The position numbers were made by a program, and so were the translations under genes. DNA of 64,000 nt from Amphiscolops sp. MND2022 (taxonomy: Eukaryota): assembly GCA_964187785.1 (NCBI GenBank), contig OZ076413.1:56482001-56546000 (forward strand). The letters run 5' to 3'. Of the stretch, positions 1 through 11,141 are shown one piece after another; within the stretch, counting starts at the first letter, position 1; every line of letters starts with the position of its first letter. The notes beneath the pieces are model-generated. The model ran no database searches. It saw nothing but the letters and a program-made list of their open reading frames with translations, and was not told the DNA's origin.

Positions 1-328
1 ATTATGTAACAATTAGATGCAAGCAGAAGAAACTAACGTTGATGCATATATATTCGGCTATAACCATGTTCGGCCAAAATCACGGCTACCTATACTAGAA
101 TATAGACTGTCATAAATTGACTCTTACATATTTGTTTATTGCAATTGGAACGTCGTTTCAGTTGGCAGTGATTCGTTGGACAAAAAAACTATCGACAAAG
201 CGAGTGGTAATTCTTGTATTCCATTTCTTCCCTCATTCTTTCACTCTGATTGTCCGATCTTTACAATTATAGATGTGCAGGCTTTTAAACTGTTGAAGGT
301 CACCAAAAGGTCATCATTTTTGTTACAG

Positions 329-450
329 GACTTGACCTTGAGGGGACAGAAACCTGACGCTTCTCATTTGCCAATGGAGGAGGATAAAGAGAACGCGAGT
401 GCTGGGGTGTCAGTAGCTGACCTCATAGCCGAAGGTTGGGCCGGGTTCAG
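329..450 (+). CDS. OXR1: OXR1-like exon (DLTLRGQKP...DLIAEGWAGF)
   Basis: ttacag| acceptor at 328 and |gtcagt donor at 451. Ends in phase 2 (AG), completing AGG with the exon at 2771. Confidence 0.7.
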
Positions 451-513
451 GTCAGTGAATTACACTCTGTACTGTGCAATTGTTTCTATTACGAAAATAT
501 GTAGCACACAGTG

Positions 514-989
514 TTTTTAGTCGGCGCCTTTTCCCTTAAGGAAAAAAGCCCGACTATTACAGTGGGTAGTTTTTTTTAGTCGGCGCCTTTTCCCTTAAGG
601 AAAAAAGCCCGACTGTTACAGTGGGTAGTTTTTTAGTCGGCGCCTTTTCCCTTAAGGAAAAAAGCCCGACTCTTACAGTGAGTAGTTTTTTTTTTCAGTT
701 GACAATCTCACTCTGAGTGGTCCACTTTTCTTACAATTTTTGTTCATCTTTCGTATTTGTTCATCTTTCATCTTCGACCCAGCCGGAGAGCGTGGGTTCG
801 AATCCCGCACTAAACCATAAATTTTTTAATGAGTTTTTCGGCATTGTGCGACCTAAAAAATACTTTTTTTCGAAAAAAAATCAAAATTTTTTTTTGAAAA
901 ATTTTTTTTTCCAAATTTTTCCAATAGTTGTTCCTTGAATATTTTTGAGCCTAAGATATGGCGCCGACTTGGGACGTTCCCGTCTTGTT
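514..989 (+). mobile_element. Helentron-like non-autonomous element, family A, with a triplicated 5' hairpin unit
   Basis: T-run plus subterminal repeat AGTCGGCGCC at the 5' end; GGCGCCGACT plus a hairpin plus TTGTT at the 3' end. The ~60-bp 5' unit occurs three times (514-695). Confidence 0.7.
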
Positions 990-990
990 T

Positions 991-1670
991 TCTTTTTCAG
1001 CCTACAATCTCACTCTGAATGGTCCACTTTTTACAATTTGTTCATCTGTTCTGTTGTTCATCTTTGACTAAATTTCTGAAGCCGGAGAGCGGGGGTTCGA
1101 TTCTCGCACTAAACCATAATATTTTTATGCTTCCAAAAGTACAGCAGGTGAGACCAAAGGGTCCCCCCTTTGGGTTTTTTCGGCACTCTGCGACTTTTTT
1201 CGAAAATTTTCGAATATCATCAAAGGGTACCCCTTGCATTTTTTAAAAAGTTTTCGGTTTGTAAAAAAACGTTTAATGGGCCTAAATGACCTCTTTTTGG
1301 GTTTTTCGGCACTGTGCGACTTTAACCGAATACTTTTTAAAAAATATATATTTTTTTCAAATGCTTCCAATAGTTGTTTTCGGCTTAGTGAGACTTTTTT
1401 TCGCAAATTTTTCAAATGTCTCCAAAGGATCCCCTTCATTTTTTCCTATTTTTCCAAAGAATGGATGTTCAAAAACTCCCAAATGCCCCCTTTTACATTT
1501 GACGGCACTATGCGACTTACCGAGGACCAAAAAAATTTTCAAAAAAAAATATTTTTTTCCCTATTTTTTCCTCACGTGGGTTTTGTAGAAGAGATACCTG
1601 ACACATTGAAGTCCTTTTGCTATTTTTGAGCCTTAGATATGGCGCCGACTTGGGCCGTTCCCGGCTTGTT
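991..1670 (+). mobile_element. Helentron-like element, family A (5'-truncated tandem copy)
   Basis: Highly similar to 32660-33351; ends in GGCGCCGACTTGGGCCGTTCCCGGCTTGTT. Confidence 0.75.
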
Positions 1671-1699
1671 ATTCTTTTTGCGATGCAGGAATGATGTTG

Positions 1700-1830
1700 A
1701 AATCTGAATTTTTCAACTTTTTTCAGTCCAATTTTCGTCTGATTCCGAGTACCTACTGAAAAATTCAGATACTTTGTTCGGCTGTGAGTATAAGCGTGGG
1801 ATTTAAATTTCTCAAGCTGACGACAACAAT
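1700..1830. repeat. Interspersed repeat shared with 49755-49885
   Basis: Alignable by eye (ccgagtacct..tgaaaaattcagata..ttgttcggc.gtgagtataagcgtg). Confidence 0.7.
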
Positions 1831-2506
1831 TCGTTTCTCGTGCGATGGAACGAGCGAGTGATAATTATGCAGTCGTATGCCGAGTTATTGAGATGAAGCA
1901 AACGAGTGTTATTTATTCGTTTGTCGAGGGCTTCGCCTGCATCAAATGCGAACGCGAAACTTCATCTACGTTTAGTAGTTACATTTTCTTTAGTCCGAGA
2001 CGAATTAAAGGCGGTATAAACTGGTAGAGTGATTAATTGTGCGCTATATAAATGATTAAGATATGCTTTTATTATTGAACATGAAACCCCCAAAAGCAGA
2101 AATAATACTGTGCCCTGCAGGGGCCTATTTTCACAAATACAAGACATGTCCCAAAAACAAGTCATATATATCTCGATTAATCAACAGTTACAGGATATGA
2201 ATCAAATCCCAAGCTAATTCATGACAAATTATGTCCATTTAATTGATTGTAATAATCGGTTCTGAAAAGTTACAAAAAGTACAAGTTTTCCAGTAAAACC
2301 AAACACGTATTAGTAACATCTTTTAATTGGTTACACCTCAAAAACGTGGAATTCTTGCAGAAATGACGATATTCTACAATCTAAGCCATACCTTTTTAGT
2401 GATGGAAACTCGGTGATTAGGTCAGTCATTAATTCTCTATTACATTTTAAAAATATGGATATATAAAAGCGTAAGAATACTTTGTTGGATACCTAATAAA
2501 TTACAC

Positions 2507-2715
2507 GGCATCATGGCAATTCGTACAAACGACATTTCGTACAATAGCCAAAAACCGTCATTTTGTACACGGACAATTGGTACAAAAATGAAACCCGACA
2601 TTTCGTATAAAATTTCAATTAAAGTTAGGTAAAAACAAGGTAAAACATCATATTTTTGTACTGAATGTCGGGTTTTCGTTTTTGTGCGAAATGTGTGTAC
2701 GAATATCGTGCTCCC
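2507..2715. mobile_element. Degenerate MITE/foldback element
   Basis: Imperfect inverted repeats: gtacaaaaatgaaacccgacatt (~2580-2602) versus aatgtcgggttttcgtttttgtgc (~2664-2687), and ttcgtaca versus tgtacgaa near the ends. Confidence 0.5.
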
Positions 2716-2770
2716 ATATTACACAGTGGAGAATAATTGAGTCAGAGTTAGTGAGAGTTAATTGTTGCAG

Positions 2771-2906
2771 GAAGAAGAAACCCCCGACCCTGGAGCGGCA
2801 GGTGAGGAGACCCAGACCTCTGACCAGAGCAGAGAGCATCCAGATTAACAAACAGTGCGCGGAAAACTTCCTCAAAATCCAGGTCACACAAATACTGCCA
2901 AATAAG
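2771..2906 (+). CDS. OXR1: OXR1-like exon (RKKKPP...ENFLKIQVTQILPNK)
   Basis: ttgcag| acceptor and |gtaact donor; phase 2 in, phase 0 out. Resembles the KFLKI motif at the start of the OXR1 GRAM-like segment. Confidence 0.8.
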
Positions 2907-3357
2907 GTAACTTCTGCTGCCACCTTCGTTCGTATTCCCCTCTTTTCCTTGCAACTTGTTATCCAATCATAGTATTGTTGAGTTTATAGCATCAAATTTT
3001 TGACTTGATGGCGTAACTAGTGAAATCATTATTTTGTGAAGGTTCTCATGTTTATGAGTCGAGACACCTTAGTTGCGAATATAAGTTTTTGGATTGAACC
3101 GATTCCGATATATGTAATGTATTCTAAAGTATGTGAGTGAGCAAGTATGAACATGGGGTTACCGTGGGACCGTTATTGGGGGTCACAGTGTTTTAATACC
3201 AGCAAAACGTTGATATTGATACGGCCCTGGTTCAATATAAGCACATACATCTTTTGATAACATCACACTGACATGTAACTTCGACATGCATTGTCGTTTT
3301 TCACGAAAAATTTGTTCTCACAATGTTACCTGATTGGGTTTCGCGTGTTTACTGCAG

Positions 3358-3573
3358 GAACAAATAGAGGGAACGCTACTGATCACCCCCAACGCAGTAA
3401 TGTTCGAAACGCAGCTTGCAGAGAAGCAAAATGGGAAAACAAGCCCCTCCTCCGACCTCATCATCCCCATGCGACTCATATCTGGAGCATCCATGTTCTC
3501 AGACCTGTCCAGCTTCGCTTCTCTCTCGGAGAAGAAGGGATTCACAAGTGTGGAACTCAAGAGCTTGTCACAG
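3358..3573 (+). CDS. OXR1: OXR1-like exon (EQIEGTLLITPNAVMF...DLIIPMRLISGASMF)
   Basis: actgcag| acceptor; matches OXR1 GVLLVTPNNIMF...PMEEV. The donor (cag|gttgtc) is weaker and was inferred from phase. Confidence 0.8.
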
Positions 3574-4844
3574 GTTGTCAAATTATGAGTTATTATCATC
3601 ATTATACGTGTATATATCATACCATTGGTACAATTTGTTCTAAATTTGAAGTAAATTTTTGGTCATTTCGGTGACTATCAACATTGTCCGCTCTCAGGGT
3701 TGGCTTTCAATCGAATTAAAATATTTCAATCATTTTAATCCGATTAAAAGGATTATGATCGAGATTTCTGTAGAATTTATTGAAAATCAAAATGCAGAAA
3801 ACTGATGATTTTTCAAAAATAAATTCAAACGTTGTTTCAGAAAACAAGTTTTTGTGTTTTTTTCAACTGAATTGAGTCTAGTCTTCAAATGAACCAATCC
3901 TAAAATGACGAGAACGCATTCCGATTGTCCAGTGTACGAGAGTCAGAAACTGTTGAGTCGTACAAAAAATCATCCACGTCAAAGAAAAGTTTGCCTATTT
4001 GGCTATTTTGGCTGATATTATTAAATCAATCGTTTGATCATAATAGCCAACCCTGTCCACTCTTGAATCCACGTTGAATAATTCGTCATTAATTAACCAG
4101 AAGTGTGTCGGAATCAATTGAACATCATCGGACCGAAATGGATTTTAGTTTTGTCTTTTGTTCAACCAGTTTTCGATACCTTACCTCGTTTTCGATACTC
4201 TACGGAATGGTGGAGTTTTAGAATTATGGGCCCTCTGGATCCTGCCAAAACGGTTTTATCATCTTGAATCCAAACGTGATCATTGAATTTCGATTCACTT
4301 TCTTTACCTATGCAAAATATGCATTAAGGGTACCTATGCAAAATATGCATCAAGGGAAGGATAGTTTCTTTGAAATATTAAATTGACAAAAAAGTCAACA
4401 AATTGTTCATCTGAATCAAATTAAATATTATCTAATGTTAAAGTAAGTTTCCTCATTTGAGTTGTTTAGTAGAAAGTACTTGAATGTCTAGAAAGTAGGA
4501 AGTATATTCCCGTGGGATCCAGAACAAGGTTTTTCGACAAACTATCTGGGATCTACAACCTAATGTACTAAATCCGGTTTGTGCCTCAATAAGGTGACTG
4601 CTTGATTTCATTTACGTTTTACTTCCTTGTTCAACAATAAATTCTTCTCCGAAGAGAACTAAAAATAAATCTCGGGATCCATCTTTGTCAAAAATGCTTT
4701 ATGACGTTTTCTACCTTCGAGGAGTAACTGTTCGAGTAGATCCAAATGTAACCCGTAGTTTAGTTGGGTTAGCCTTGGATAATAGATGCCAAAAATTGTT
4801 GTGGGAATGTACCAGAATGAATGTCTTATTTACTTTGTTCTCAG

Positions 4845-5025
4845 GAGCAACTCAAAATGGGCGCTTCATCTTCTGTTGCTGCGACCTCTCCGACAGGTTC
4901 TAAACCTTCGAGCACATCACCCAAAACTGAAGCAGAAACCTGTGGGTCTCCTCGAGGCGCAGACCATACCCCCAACAGTGTCAATTCACAGTCCACTCTT
5001 GCCAAATTCTTCGGTGCTGTTGAAG
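4845..5025 (+). CDS. OXR1: OXR1-like exon, Ser/Thr-rich linker
   Basis: ttctcag| acceptor and aag|gtgagc donor; phase 0 in, phase 1 out, matching both neighbours. Confidence 0.7.
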
Positions 5026-6029
5026 GTGAGCGAGCGGTTCTTCAATCTATTGATGCCATGTTTCAAGATAGAATTTGAGATTTTCCAATCAGTTTAGCAT
5101 TATCACTTGTATTGTCTAAAAACGCGATGCGTAACGACACCACGAACCGGCATATACAATGCTGAAGTGAGTAGGTCAGAATTCATTATGGAAAAGAGTC
5201 AGGCAAATCCCCTGTGAGTGTATTAGTAGCGGTTTCATCGTGTCTCATGACTTGTTATGTTATTGTAGACTGGTTGTTAGGCAGTTACGGGCTCTTTGAG
5301 ATTGCCCCAGGCAGCTGGATGATGATACATCAATTGCCTGAGTTTCTTGGATTCACTGGAGGTATTTTCGAACAAAGTCAGAGCTGAATCCATGTTGGAA
5401 AAGACTTCGGAACACTTTTTCGCATCAAGAAAGGCATTACTTTTTGAACATATTGAACTTTTCAATTTGATTTTTGGCGCGACATTCCAGACTTCAGATT
5501 TTTTTTAAAATTAGGCCAAGCTGGTACATGGGATATTTTTTTTCTCCCGCAAATTCTCCTTGCTTGTGATATCCTCGAGCGTTGAGAAACTTCAGTGCTT
5601 TCTTTCGACGTCGTTTGCGTCAAGGAAGTTTGATTTTTTTGTAGTTGCGTCCTTTTGAAAATGTTCTATAGACCAAGAATCTTTCCCAAAATGTCCTTTT
5701 GAGCCCCAATATTTCAAAATATTGTTTCGAAACTATTCGACACTTACTGATATTTCAACTTCAAATTGAAAATAATTTTCAAGTCTTTGTACCTGAGCTG
5801 CTCTTTTTCCTATTTCTGAGTCACCTTGGAGTATTGTGTCAATATATATCTGTTGATTTTTCGAATTTCGGTTGATTTTTCAAAATTTTTACTGGGAGCA
5901 ATTAAAACAGAGTCAAGGACTTTGAAGTATGAATGTTCCGAAGTCCTTCCATAATCGCTAGTCTTTTCGGCTTGTTTTCATCAGTGAATTCACAAATCAT
6001 AAATTTCAATTCAGGAACAAAACTACCTC

Positions 6030-6326
6030 AAATGGCTGTTAATTGAAAATATTTACCGCAAAATGGCCGATATAATGAACGCAACAAAATGGACGATTTT
6101 TGAAGCGTAAAAAAGGACCTGACCAGCCACGGAGATATACCTATAGTGCCCCGGAGGTGGGAGGAAGACCGAGTAATACAGCCAAAATAAAACTTACGAC
6201 TGATATAAAATTAAAGTCTACCAAATTATCTCCATTTGCTTTTTTCTCGGTCCTTTTGTTACGTTGAAAATCGGCCATTTTGTTAAACTTCAGAAATTTT
6301 TGTAATGTTGCAAATCAGCCATTTTA
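6030..6326. repeat. Imperfect inverted-repeat (foldback) element
   Basis: aaaatggacgatttttgaagcgtaaaaaaggacc versus ggtccttttgttacgttgaaaatcggccatttt; aaatggctg versus cagccattt. Confidence 0.45.
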
Positions 6327-7998
6327 GGTGCATTCTATGGTGCCGCAGGGAAACCTATAAAGTCACTCTAGTCGGCTCATTTTTCTTGAATGCTATAAAT
6401 ATTGTCACATGTCAATCACGCGTTTTGATAGGAAAGTCTTGATTGAATAGATTATCAATTTTTTCGACTGTCAATAATCATAAATTTTTCATCGCTGTGA
6501 AAAATAATTGAACAAAGTTCAAAATCCGTCCTGAAAATTTGAGGATAAAATACAGATTTTACAGATTTGGACTTGAATTTAAAAAAATAATCTATTGCCA
6601 TAAGTGGTAATTAAAAAATTTACCTTTACGGGGCTGTAGGGCTGTAATCTCTGCAACTCTCCTGAATACCTTTTTCCATTTCTATTAAGCGTATTGCCAA
6701 GGCGCATGCTGCTTTTATCGACTAGAACTTGAAAGTATTTTGCTTCTACCAAGTTGTTTTATCTATAAAATTCATTTCAACATTCAACTTTTTAAGTTTT
6801 ATTGTGATACTTCAGAGTGGCCCCTCGAGAAAATTTCATCCAGCTAAGCAATTCCATGCCAGTTACACAAATTTCTGTCTTGCTTCTAGAAAAAAGAAAA
6901 CACCGAATTTCTTTTGAAATGCCATTAGTATATAAACAAAGCTGGAAACGACCCAAGTCGGCGCCCTGCTGAGATTTCAAAAAGAAAAGTACTTTAAATA
7001 TGCAAAGCGACACTATCGTGAAAATTTCTATCAAATTTACAGTGCCGAAAAATACCCGAAATGATACCCATAATACTCGAAAACCGCTATTTCCTATTCA
7101 AAAATATAGGTTCAAAACTTGAAAACCCTATTCAAAGTAAAGTATCACAAAAAGCCCTCTTGGTAAACTAGAATTTTTCGAGAAGTCTCACAGTAACGAA
7201 GAATAACCTTCAAATCATTTTTTAATGAAATAATATTGTCAAAATTTGAAACGGAGGACCCCTACGAACAATTTGCTATTTTGTAGGAATTTCGTAAAAA
7301 TTTTTTCATTTGTCATTAAAATGGTCACTTCGACTGGCTTAAAAAACACGACGTGAAAGTTGCACATTTTGTACAAAATTGACAAAAATTTATACAAAGT
7401 GGGATACTGTTGAAAACAAGGTTTTTCATAATTTTGCTCAACTTCGTATCACGATAAAAATTTTAAATAGTCATATCTCGCTCATTAGAATTGAGTTGTA
7501 CAGACTGTACTTTTCATTTTGGGTCGTCATTTTGTGTAATCAATGCTTTGTTGCTGCTTCGAATAAAGTGAACTTTTTTTAGCCCTTCAAAAGTTACGTT
7601 GGGAAGCTAAAGGTATTTCTTCTTTGAAAGATTAACGTCTGGAATTGGGCAATCTGTTAATCTCTAATGCTTGACATTGCGCACAGACAAAAGCGCCTAT
7701 TTTACACAGTCATAAACGCCCCAATACAAAGTGTCTCGCTAATGTTCGAGTTGAATTGTTTCGCTTCTAATTAAATTCAATTGAAGAAGTTGAAAGAAAA
7801 CAAAAATTCTTTGGTATCGCCAGATTTGACATTTTTGCATTTAACAAATTTTAATTAGAAACGACTCAAACTGTTTAGTGTGGCAATTCTGAGCAAAAAA
7901 TTAATTTATTAACGAAGCAATTTGTCAATACACTGGTTTAAAATGAAAAACTGATAATCATTTCATTGGAGTGAGGACTTGAAGTTGGTGGTAGAAAG

Positions 7999-8420
7999 TA
8001 GGGATGTACCGGAATGCGGAACTCGATTTCCAGTTCCGGCCGGAACCGGACCGGAACTTTGATTGTGCTATCCTACATTTACGTAACATGTTTTTTGCTT
8101 TGTATCGAATGTTTTATATGCGATTTCTCAGAACAAAACATCACCTCTGTCATCTGTATATTCAGAAAGGTTGTTCTCCGAATTCGGAAACATATATGAA
8201 GAAAAAAGAAGCTGACTTCTTCCAGAAACTGGCGAAAAACTTTTATTTCTTCACCATAATCCGAAATTGTTCTAGTCAATTGTATCAATTTATGAAATAA
8301 TTGAAAACAATTTGGAAACAATGCTGTTTTTAAGAGAATTTTGTTCCGGCCGGAACCAATGATGATTCCGGCCGGAACTTTTTTGAAATCCGGCCGGACC
8401 GGAATTCCGGTACATCCCTA
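7999..8420. mobile_element. hAT-type MITE
   Basis: Perfect 17-bp TIRs TAGGGATGTACCGGAAT / ATTCCGGTACATCCCTA; 8-bp TSD GTAGAAAG (7991-7998, 8421-8428); subterminal CCGG(A) repeats. Confidence 0.9.
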
Positions 8421-8678
8421 GTAGAAAGGAGTAAGCAAATCCCCTGTAGTCTTCGATTAAACCGCTTTTGATTGGGACACTTTTGACAGTGTATTTTGGG
8501 CGCTTTTGTCTGGTAACCGCTTGAAATTGGTATTTTATGGGTTTTTGAAGCTATTTATTTTTTCAAACCTGGAAATTTCTTTTAGCATCTCTCTAAAATC
8601 TGTATTGAGTTTATCTTCGTTTCCACTTTGAGGCAGCATGTTTCAGAGCTGTACTATTGACTCATTTATGCATTTCAG

Positions 8679-8865
8679 ATGGCAAAGGTTCTCTCGGTTA
8701 CGAAGCTGCAACTTGTTTTGAAGAATTGCCGCTCTATCTTCGCATTCTTCTATTTGACCCCACCACTGTGACCCTGAGACCAGAGAAGCCGGGGGCTCCC
8801 GGACGTGAACGGAAAGTGACGGGACCTCAGCAGAGTCAATATTGGTTCAAACTTCCCGCTGAATG
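8679..8865 (+). CDS. OXR1: OXR1-like exon (PLYLRILLF...QYWFKLPAEW)
   Basis: catttcag| acceptor and tg|gttagt donor. YWF.LP resembles OXR1 EYWFAVP. Phase 2 out joins G at 30059 to give Trp. Confidence 0.85.
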
Positions 8866-9469
8866 GTTAGTTGTTTTTTAAATCGTAAGTAGCTTGCTTT
8901 TGACATTGGGTCTGCTTTTTAAATTTGTTTTTCTTTTTTTTAAAAAAAAATTCTGTTTCAGCTAGATTTGAATCAATCAGTGATGTATATTTATATTCGT
9001 AATTTTATTTCAATTTAAATTTACCTTTTACTTTATAATTATAAATTGAATGATTAATTTTAAATAACGAATATAATTGTAAACTACTGATTGATACGAA
9101 GATAGCTGAAACTCAATTCAGAAGAAAAATTACAATGTCTATGTCAGAAAAACTTGAAAATGATTTTTTAAATGGAAATAATGCAAGTTGTCGTAATTTC
9201 ATATATGGAAAACAAGCCGGGAACGGCCACATTTGGCGCCCTTCTTAAAAAGAGTAGTCTCTTAAACAATCTCAGGAACAGAAACTTCCCATGAATCGCA
9301 TGGGTTCATTTAGAAACTTTCCATGAATCGCATGGTGCCAAAATGGGCAAAAAAGGACCCTTTGGGTCTGATAAATACATTTTTCTAACTGAAAATACCA
9401 CGAAAGGTACCCTGTAGTAAAATCAACAAGCCCGGAACGGCATAAGTCGGCGCTATATCTAAAGCTCAA

Positions 9470-9691
9470 TGTTGAGATTTGTTTTAGTTTGTGTAAAAAG
9501 GCTTTACAAAACTATACTTGAATTGATTGTTTGATAACCAATTGTTTTTAGAAAGCAGTTCAAGCACAGTTAACCGCCAAATTAAAGTAGTGACGAAAAG
9601 TTTGAACAAAATGTGAACAAGTCGACAAAGATAAAAAGTCACAGAAATGAACTAAATTAAATATCATATATGAATGTTTAGATTCTTTCCA
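9470..9691 (-). repeat. 3' LTR of the intact Bel/Pao element
   Basis: Direct repeat of 16369-16590; preceded on the - strand by a purine tract. Confidence 0.95.
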
Positions 9692-9725
9692 TTACTCCTC
9701 TCCTGACTTTTTTTCAGAATTGATA

Positions 9726-10581
9726 ATGTTTCTGAGAAGGACAGCCAAGTCACCGCTAGCAAGTTTGGAGGAGCTGAGAGAGGTTCTGTGCGGCTTCCCG
9801 CAAGTCAAAGCTCTGACAATTGAAGAGGTGCGACTTAGTCGTTCAGAACCAGCAATTGTGAAAGACTTTGCCATTAAAGTCGAAGGGCCCTCCAAAGATG
9901 CACTGCTGGCGGCGAAAACACTTGATGACCTGACTGATGAGTTCTTTAAGAAGAATACGAGTCCAAGACAGTCTACTCCCGATCTGCTGGTAGATGTTAT
10001 GGATGACTTCTTTATCAGTCAGGGTCAGGTGACATGCGATTGGCCCGATGCGCTGAGTCCCCTTAACTTCGGGTAATTCATTGGCACATGATTGCTTTGA
10101 ATATTGATGCTTGAAAGATTCTAGTAATATTGAACGTAATTTTTTCATTTGCAGTTATTTGCTATTCACTGGGGGAACCAGCTTTCGACCGTGGCACTTC
10201 GATCTTGAAGCATCGGAGACTGCTGGCGACATGCTCGCGACCCTTCTTTCAGGCAGGAAGATCTGGATGTTCTGCAAGATGGGTCGGTTGTCAGCATCTC
10301 TGAGGAAGGTCTGCGGGAGCCTTGAGTCGAAGACTGCCATTGCTGATACGGTCAACTTTTTGAGGGCCTTGTCAAGAACGCAACGTCAGAAGATTTTGTG
10401 GTGCGAGTTTGGGGCTGGCGAGACAGTCTACATGCCATATGGGTGCGGCCATTCTGTTGCAACTTTCTGTGAAGAAATGCCGTCCTGTATGGTGACTGTT
10501 GATGTCAGAGCAGATCTTGATCGTGCAACAGCGATCAACAACAGTGCCCACAATCTGACTGACGTAGGTCATAGACGATGA
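9726..10581 (+). CDS. JmjC-domain (cupin, 2OG/Fe(II) oxygenase) protein, 257 aa, two exons (9726-10072, 10155-10581), located inside the retrotransposon
   Basis: Removing the 82-nt GT-AG intron at 10073-10154 joins PLNFG|YLLFTGGTSFRPWHFD in frame (774 nt, ATG to TGA). Motifs: PAIVKD (N-terminal), WHFD (H-x-D), LLSGRKIW (2OG-binding Lys strand), GETVYMPYGCGHSV (distal His). AATAAA at 10609-10614. Confidence 0.88.
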
Positions 10582-11141
10582 CAAGAATAAGTGAGTAATC
10601 TATTTTTTAATAAAAATTAGCTATTGCATACTGCATTGTGGTCAAGTGTAAGGTCAGGGTAGGTACGTAAATATCAGTAGGGGCGCATCAAATTCATTTG
10701 GTAAGCGTAGCATTGAAGTTGACTTTGGGGATACACTTTATATCCAATAAGCAACAAAAATATTGAACTCGAAATGATTAACTGAGGTAAAATTTCTGTT
10801 TACGTAAATATGCTAGGATGCTAGATTAAAATGACGTGTTCAGCATATACTGAGGCATGTCAATGGGCATTGCAAGGAATGGTAACTGTCACTTGTACTG
10901 CGGGGAGACACTTTTTATTGATAAATTAAAGTGCCAGATGATAAGTAGAGGTATAATATCGATTCCATTTTCAAAGGTACACTTCACAGTGGCTATTAAA
11001 AAATATATAGCAGCTTCAGTGAACGGATCAGAACGGAGCAGCACTATAGTAGGGTTTATAGCAATAACATATGTGTCGGGGAGACACTTTTTAGCATCAA
11101 ACTATATACAAACGAAGGAAATTATGAAACATTGAATAATT

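Noticed and set aside
717-1629. Cluster of Phe/Lys-rich ORFs (also 32741-33282, 35827-36192, 47729-48614, 48986-49562)
   Set aside because: They are translations of A/T-run-rich Helentron-like repeats with no protein motifs.
10727-11093. Repeat-spacer pattern as a CRISPR-like array
   Set aside because: Only three short (14-16 nt) repeats with ~160-nt spacers, in a eukaryotic retrotransposon with no cas genes. Reported as a motif array instead.
10857-11135. 92-aa ORF beside the JmjC gene sharing CGETLF with the element's Pol
   Set aside because: The shared peptide is simply the translation of the 15-nt nucleotide motif. There is no other similarity or recognisable domain, so it is not called as a gene.
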